DNA from: Lama glama
Taxonomy: Eukaryota
Assembly (NCBI GenBank): GCA_028534125.1
Contig: CM052819.1
Location: 106,702,001 to 106,766,000 of the forward strand
Direction of reading: 5' to 3'
Length of the DNA: 64,000 nt
The position numbers and the translations under genes were made by a program. The notes under the pieces are model-generated. The model saw only the letters and a program-made list of their open reading frames with translations. It ran no database searches and was not told the origin of the DNA. Of this stretch, positions 60,520-64,000 are shown one piece after another (positions within the stretch are counted from its first letter, which is position 1; every line of letters begins with the position of its first letter).

Positions 60520-61540
60520 TTCAGTCTGCTCAGTTTGTGACGTTAATAGGTGTTGAAACTGATCACACGTACTTTTCAACTGGTTGAGGTGGTTTTCTCC
60601 TTTAGTCTACTCATACGGCGGATTAGAATGACTGACTTTTCAATTTTGAAGGTCTTGCATTCACAGATGACGCTTACTTTCTCATGTGTAATTTTTGAAG
60701 AACGTACTATTGAATTTTGGCGAGCTGATGTTTTATTTGGAATTTACTCATCCATGTTTGTAACTAGTGTGAACCTACTGCTTTGTTTTCTTGTTCTGCG
60801 CTCGGCACAGTGGGAATGGCCCTCCCCGCAGCTGGGCAGTGGCCAGAGCCCTGGCTGCCCTCGGCTGGCTTCAGAATTAAGCTCACACCAGCCTTCCGCC
60901 CTTTCCCAGTTCCTGGAGCAGCTCGACAGTGTGTCCGGAAGCTGGGTGCAGCCTCCCTGTGCGGCCCCGCCATCGGCGCCACGCTCGGGCTTCTGTCTGA
61001 CGCGACCCCGGAGCTCGGGCCGTCAGAGGCCAGCCACGCGGAGCCTTCAACCTTCCTTCTCCCTGCAGTTACTTCTCTGTTGTCATGCTCTATGCTCGCT
61101 TGTGTCTTCTCCCCTGTTTGCTCAACATTGCCAGCATCAGTACAGCTTATTGATCGTTTCCAGGTGCTAGCTTCTGACTTGCCCTTCCCGTTATTTTCGT
61201 CGCTCGCCGTTTGGCTGACTTCTGTGAGTGTCGAGTATTCCCTCACGTGTTTATTTGCGCTTGTTTTGTGACACTGCGCTTCCTTCAGTTCCTTGAGTTG
61301 CATGATTAGCTCTATTTTTAACTTGCCTCTTGAGAGACACAGCTGAGACGGCACGTTTTCAGGTGCTGCCTCCGCTGTGTGTGCGAGTTGTGACACGGTA
61401 TTTTCACTGTCGTTCAGTTCTAAGTATTTTTTCATTTCCCTCAAGATTTCCGCGTAACCCACGGGTTACTTATTAAAATGATAGCAAATGTCCAAACATA
61501 TGATGTTCTCTTAGACACCCTTTTAATACGGAATTCTAAG
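60520..61540 (-). mobile_element. Old L1 ORF2 fragments
   Basis: ORF 60764..61462(-) begins EILREMKKYLELNDSENTVSQL, the L1 ORF2 post-endonuclease segment. Confidence 0.75.
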
Positions 61541-61689
61541 TGTGTCACATCACAGCAGGAATTCATGATGTCCCTGACGCTGCTCTTGTGGCCCATCCAT
61601 CTGGCCAGGATGCAGAATTCCAGTTCGCAGCGTTAAAGGCAAAGGACGCCATCCTCCTCCTTCTGCCGCTGCTGGGGAGACGTCTGGCG

Positions 61690-64000
61690 TGGGGAGGGGC
61701 CAAGGTGGTGAAGCAGGGAGACCCTGAGCTCAGCTCCTCCCCTGGGCACAGCGGCACAACAGCTGTTTACAGAGCAGCTCAGGATGATAAAGACTGGACG
61801 ACTAGCAGAAAAGCCCTTCCACCACGAAAGACACAAAGAAGGAGCCACAGCGAGAGAGAAAGCCCCGCCCTGTGGGCCAAGCCCCGCCCCCTGGGAGGGC
61901 GCCCCACAGACAGGAGGCCAGAGGGCCGCACCCCACAGGGGCTCCCCAGCCCAGGGGTTCTGTGCTGCGAAGACGAGCCCCCAGAATGTCTGGCTTTGAA
62001 GGCCAGCGGGACTTACTGTCAGGAGAGCCAGAGGGCAGTGGGAAACAGACTCCACTTTTGAAGGACGCTCACAAAATCTCACACTCTCCGGGACCTGGGG
62101 GGAGCCTGGGTCAGACCCAGCAGCTGATCCTAGGGAGTCTCCAGAGAGGCGGGAGGCAGCTGGAGCTCACCTGGGGCCCCAGACCCTGGGGTGGCCGTTT
62201 TGGGGAGCTCCTCCCACCACGAGGGCCCGTTATGGAGTCCTCCCTCCAGCTTGTTAGGGTCAGGACGCAGCCCCACCCACCAGCCTGCCAGCGCCCGTCC
62301 TGGGACACGTCCTCCAAGCAGCCAGCGGGGCAGGGACGCAGCCCTACCCAGCAGCCCACAGCCTCCCCGGTCTCACACTTACCACCGGGGCCCAGGACCC
62401 AGCGTGCACACCGGTTTGCGAGCAGCCAGAGGCCCTGAGAGCAGCTCTGCCCGCCAGTGAGCCAGCGCTGGCCCACGGACACCTGGGCCTGGCCCCCTCA
62501 GCAGTGGGCCAGCGCCACCTCCCGGACCATGAGGTCCTGTGACCAGAGACCCCAGGAAATAGCCTCACCCACCAGAGCGCAGGCACCAGCACTGGGGTTC
62601 CCTGAGCCCCCGGGTCCTAATCCCACCCACCAGCAGGCTGACAGCAGTTCCAAGTCAACTAGGACAGCTCAGTCATTCATCCCCACTCACCAGCGAGTCA
62701 GCACTAGCTGTGGGACACCCCAGACTCCACAGCCAGCGGTGTCAGGAACCGGCCCTGCCAACCAGCAGACTGACACCAGATCCAGGACCCACCCTGGGCC
62801 CTGCAGCCAGCAGCCCCATGACCCAGCCCCACCCCCAGCAGGCAGCAAGCCCCGCACAAGGCAGGGCCTGGCCGCCAGCCAGATGGGGCCAGCCACACCT
62901 CCCCCAGCCCTCCCGCAGGAGTCAGCCCACCCCCGACAGAGGGGCCCGGGCAGCCCACGCAGGCTACGCTCAGAGCACAAAGCTCTGGGGGCCAGAGGGG
63001 AGGCTGCTCCTGGGATGTGCAGGGCGCCTCTGACAACAGCACCCATTTTAACAGCCCCTGCATCGGTGGGCAGGCCGTCCAGACAGAAGGCCCGTAAGGG
63101 AGTGCCAGCCTTAAATGACTCGTTAGATCACGTGGATGTAACATGTATGTAGAGCTTTCCATCCAAGAGCAGCAGAACACACAGCCTGCCCAAGTGCACA
63201 GGGAACGCCTTTGTGGCTGGGCCGCAAAACAGCTCTCGGTAATTTTAAGAGAATTGAAATCATATCAAGCGACCTTTCCAAATACAGCACTATGAGACTA
63301 GAAACCAACTACAAGCAAAAAACTGCAAAAACCCACAAACGTGCAGAGACTTAAAAAATGCTACTAAACATCCAGTGGGTCACTGAAGAAATCAGAGAAG
63401 AAACAAAAGGAATCCAAACTGAAAAAGAAGACGTTAAGCTGTCGCTGCTTGCAGGTGACGTGATACGACGCGTAGACAACACCCTGAGTGGAAACGAGCA
63501 GACGACCTAAACAGACGTTTATCCAGAGAGCACATCAGATGCCGACAGGCACGTGAAAAGATGCTCAGCAGGCAGGCGAGATCAAAACCGCAGTGAGGTG
63601 TCACCTCACACCTGCTGGATGGCTGTTGCCAAGTGTCGACGAGCATGCGGAGAAAGGGGAACCTTCGGGCACTGTTGGTGGGAATGCGAACTGCTGCAGC
63701 CACTGTGGAAAACGGCGTGGCGGTTTCCCAAAAAATTGAAAATAGAACCACCATATGACCCAGCAGTTCTGCTTCTGGATTTATCCCAAGGGAAAAACAC
63801 TAATCAGAAAGATGCATTCACCCCTATTTTCATGGCAGCGGTGTTCAAACGGTCAAGCTACGGAAGCGACCCAAGGCCCGTCAATAGATGGACGGGTAAA
63901 GAAGCCGCAGTCACGCGTCTGGGTGCACGCAGCCGTGAAGAAGAGAGCCTTGCCACTCGGCACGGTGCGGAAGGAGCTAGAGCGCATCACGCCAAGGGGC
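61690..64000 (+). mobile_element. L1 retaining its 5' UTR (with internal cccacccaccagc repeats) but lacking ORF1 and large parts of ORF2; runs off the window end
   Basis: 5' end ccaaggtggtgaagcagggagaccctgagctcagctcctcc; endonuclease at about 63040-63400; RT FADD remnant cttgcaggtgacgtgat at about 63448; C-terminus gcactgttggtgggaatgcgaactg...aatagaaccaccatatgacccagcag. Confidence 0.85.

Noticed and set aside
60764-61462. 232-aa minus-strand ORF with protein-like N-terminus
   Set aside because: Decayed L1 ORF2 fragment that drifts out of frame; not a host gene
55950-64000. Possible start of a downstream gene (COL6A1 follows PCBP3 in human, from memory)
   Set aside because: No signal-peptide, VWA or Gly-X-Y exons seen; the region is mostly L1

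Overview
This is mammalian genomic DNA: GC- and CpG-rich, with four N-gaps. Two tRNA-derived SINEs of the camelid type and cetartiodactyl-type L1 3' ends suggest a camelid. The window holds essentially the whole coding region of PCBP3 (poly(rC)-binding protein 3, three KH domains) on the + strand. Twelve coding exons are visible, from ATG 7583 to TAA 55347, all with GT-AG boundaries and consistent phases (978 nt, 325 aa), followed by AATAAA at 55921. Two frame-preserving exons expected from the human protein as I recall it (75 nt SPPKGATIPYRPKPASTPVIFAGGQ and 60 nt EKLPLHSSEEAQNLMGQSS) are not visible, and each expected position contains an assembly gap. The main promoter and upstream non-coding exons are probably outside the window. 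The rest is intronic or intergenic: many old L1 fragments, a solo LTR, SINEs, MER5 remnants and minisatellites. Nearly all long ORFs in the supplied track are GC-content artefacts. I found no convincing new multi-gene system. The best leads are strong AT-to-GC drift that appears to reach the PCBP3 protein and a splice site, a candidate phase-compatible alternative last exon, a candidate poison exon, an intragenic NRF1/E-box CpG promoter, and minisatellites that multiply nuclear-receptor DR0 or metal-response-element motifs. Repeat boundaries are approximate, and all ortholog comparisons are from memory and need alignment.
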